Source: Candidatus Scatosoma sp.
Lineage (GTDB): Bacteria > Bacillota > Clostridia > Christensenellales > Borkfalkiaceae
Reading direction: 5' to 3'
Assembly (NCBI GenBank): GCA_045611585.1
Contig: JAZKXM010000088.1
Span: forward strand, 1 to 56,941
DNA length: 56,941 nt
The translations under genes were made by a program, and so were the position numbers. Below, in pieces: positions 55,620 through 56,941 of this stretch. How positions within the stretch are numbered: the stretch's first letter is position 1; each line of letters opens with the position of its first letter. The notes beneath the pieces were generated by a model that was not told where the DNA came from, searched no databases, and was given only the letters and a program-made list of their open reading frames with translations.

Positions 55620-56585
55620 ATGAAAAATTTATTGTTTGTATTCAATCCTTGTTCGGGTGCGGGCAAGATTTGTAAGCACGTAGCGGAGATTTTGGACGTC
55701 TTTACGAAGGCGGGGTACGAAGCGACGGCATACCCTACGCAAGCGGCTGGGGACGGTGTGCGCATCATTAAGGAGCAGGGCGAAAATTTTGACCGTATCG
55801 TCGTCGCGGGCGGCGACGGAATGCTTCACGAGCTGATCAACGGCGTTTTGTCGCTTGAAAAGGAAGTGGAGGTAGGGTATATCCCGATGGGTACGGTGAA
55901 CGATTTTGCCGCCACGCACAAAATGACAAAGGACCCCGTCGAGGCGGCGAAAATCGCCGTTTCGGACAACGTAAAGGCGTTGGACGTGGGAAAATTTGAG
56001 GAGGAGTACGTTTCCTACGTCGCCGCGTTTGGGTTTGGCGCAGGGGCGTCCTACGAAACTCCGCAAAAGGCGAAAAAGCGGTGGAAAATGCTTGCGTATA
56101 TCGCCAACGCGTTGAAGGGATTGCGCCCTAAACGCTTTAAAGCGATGGCGCGAAAAATGACCGTCACCGCCGACAACGCGGTGCTGAAAGGAGAGTTTAT
56201 CTTCGGCGCGGTGTCCAATTCCTTTTCGATTGCGGGCTTTAAAAACCTGACGGACAAAAATTCGGAATTTGACGACGGGCTGTTGGAGGGTCTGTTCATT
56301 TTGCGGCCAAAAAAATGGCGGGAATGGCGGCAGGTGGCAAAAGGCTTGCTCTCGCGAGATTTTAACTTGCCGGGGCTGTTGTTTGTGCGCGCGGAAAAGT
56401 TTGATATCGTTGCGGAAAAGCCCACCCGTTGGTCGTTGGACGGCGAAAACGGGGGCGAGCACGAGCGCGTCACAATGGCGGTGCAAAAGCGAGTGTTAAA
56501 GATTGCGTTGCCCGTAAACGACGGCAAGAAAGAGGAGAAAAAGTCGCACAAGAAGGAAGAAAAGCACGCCAAAGAAACGAAATAA
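55620..56585 (+). CDS. dagK: diacylglycerol kinase family lipid kinase (DagK/YegS/BmrU type)
   Basis: 321 aa; NP.SG start; GGDGMLHE catalytic-domain motif; Lys/Glu-rich C-terminal tail. Confidence 0.85.
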   Translation: MKNLLFVFNPCSGAGKICKHVAEILDVFTKAGYEATAYPTQAAGDGVRIIKEQGENFDRIVVAGGDGMLHELINGVLSLEKEVEVGYIPMGTVNDFAATHKMTKDPVEAAKIAVSDNVKALDVGKFEEEYVSYVAAFGFGAGASYETPQKAKKRWKMLAYIANALKGLRPKRFKAMARKMTVTADNAVLKGEFIFGAVSNSFSIAGFKNLTDKNSEFDDGLLEGLFILRPKKWREWRQVAKGLLSRDFNLPGLLFVRAEKFDIVAEKPTRWSLDGENGGEHERVTMAVQKRVLKIALPVNDGKKEEKKSHKKEEKHAKETK

Positions 56586-56606
56586 TTTTTAAAGGAATCA
56601 AAAATA

Positions 56607-56633
56607 CGCCCTGCGGAGCTTCTCCGCAGGGCG
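56607..56633. terminator. strong hairpin between convergent dagK and metK
   Basis: CGCCCTGCGGAG / CTCCGCAGGGCG perfect 12-bp stem flanked by A/T-rich sequence on both sides. Confidence 0.7.
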
Positions 56634-56704
56634 CTAAATTTTATTGCGTTATTGTATTCCGTTGCACAAAGGGCGCGGGATAGGGGCGTTAAAGGCGTTT
56701 TGGG

Positions 56705-56941
56705 TTAAAGATATTTTTTCAGACTATCTACGCGGTCCGTCTGTTCCCAAGAAAAGCCCTTATAGCCAAAATGTCCGTATGCCGCCGTCTTTTTAAAGAC
56801 GGGTTTTCTTAAATTCAGTTCGCGAATGATTGCGTAGGGACGAAGGTCGAATTCTTTTTTCACGATCTCGGCAAGCTGCTCGTCGTTCACCTTGCCCGTA
56901 CCGAAGCTATCCACAAAGACGGAAACGGGGTTAGCGACGCC
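56705..56941 (-). CDS. metK: S-adenosylmethionine synthetase, C-terminal end (5' part outside the window)
   Basis: Minus-strand frame reads [45 protein letters not shown].., the conserved MetK C-terminus. The frame is open to the window edge. Confidence 0.9.
   Translation of the reverse strand, partial: GVANPVSVFVDSFGTGKVNDEQLAEIVKKEFDLRPYAIIRELNLRKPVFKKTAAYGHFGYKGFSWEQTDRVDSLKKYL

Overview
Chromosomal segment of a Bacillota (Clostridia-like) genome. All calls come from reading the ORF translations and the DNA by eye: motif recognition and a few hand GC counts, with no searches run.

Positions 1-20 kb hold ordinary core genes. They start with the 3' end of ligA, then the conserved Firmicute 'ylo' cluster (yicC-gmk-rpoZ-priA-def-fmt-rsmB-rlmN-rpe-[DUF218]-rpmB(-)-asp23-yloV-recG). 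After that come an orphan hisIE, minD plus a minE-like gene, degV, nagB, a small divergent Zn-ribbon membrane protein / XRE regulator pair, and trmO(-).

From a sigma-A-type promoter at ~20.18 kb to 55.45 kb lies a 35-kb block of 11 genes. It is strictly co-directional and tightly packed, and I see no convincing intrinsic terminator inside it.

(i) 20.26-33.97 kb carries nine genes:
- a cytoplasmic transglutaminase-like Cys protease
- a ClpB-D2-type AAA+ unfoldase with a novel N-terminal half
- three proteins with no motif I recognise, one with an ER/K charged helix
- an orphan NrdG-type radical-SAM (glycyl-radical activase-like) enzyme
- a Zn-ribbon TRAFAC-type GTPase
- an 813-aa C-terminally membrane-anchored protein
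- a membrane-anchored GLUG-motif protein

(ii) Two giant surface proteins follow. The first is a 3,948-aa lipoprotein made of roughly 40 Listeria-Bacteroides (Flg_new) repeats and ending in a Hint autoprocessing domain. The second is a 3,159-aa BspA-type LRR / Flg_new protein with a C-terminal membrane anchor.

The window ends with a DagK-family lipid kinase and the 3' end of metK(-). I saw no rRNA, tRNA, CRISPR array, transposase or integrase.

The best candidate for an undescribed system is the multi-NTPase / radical-SAM operon at 20.2-34 kb. Its functional link to the downstream giant surface proteins is open.
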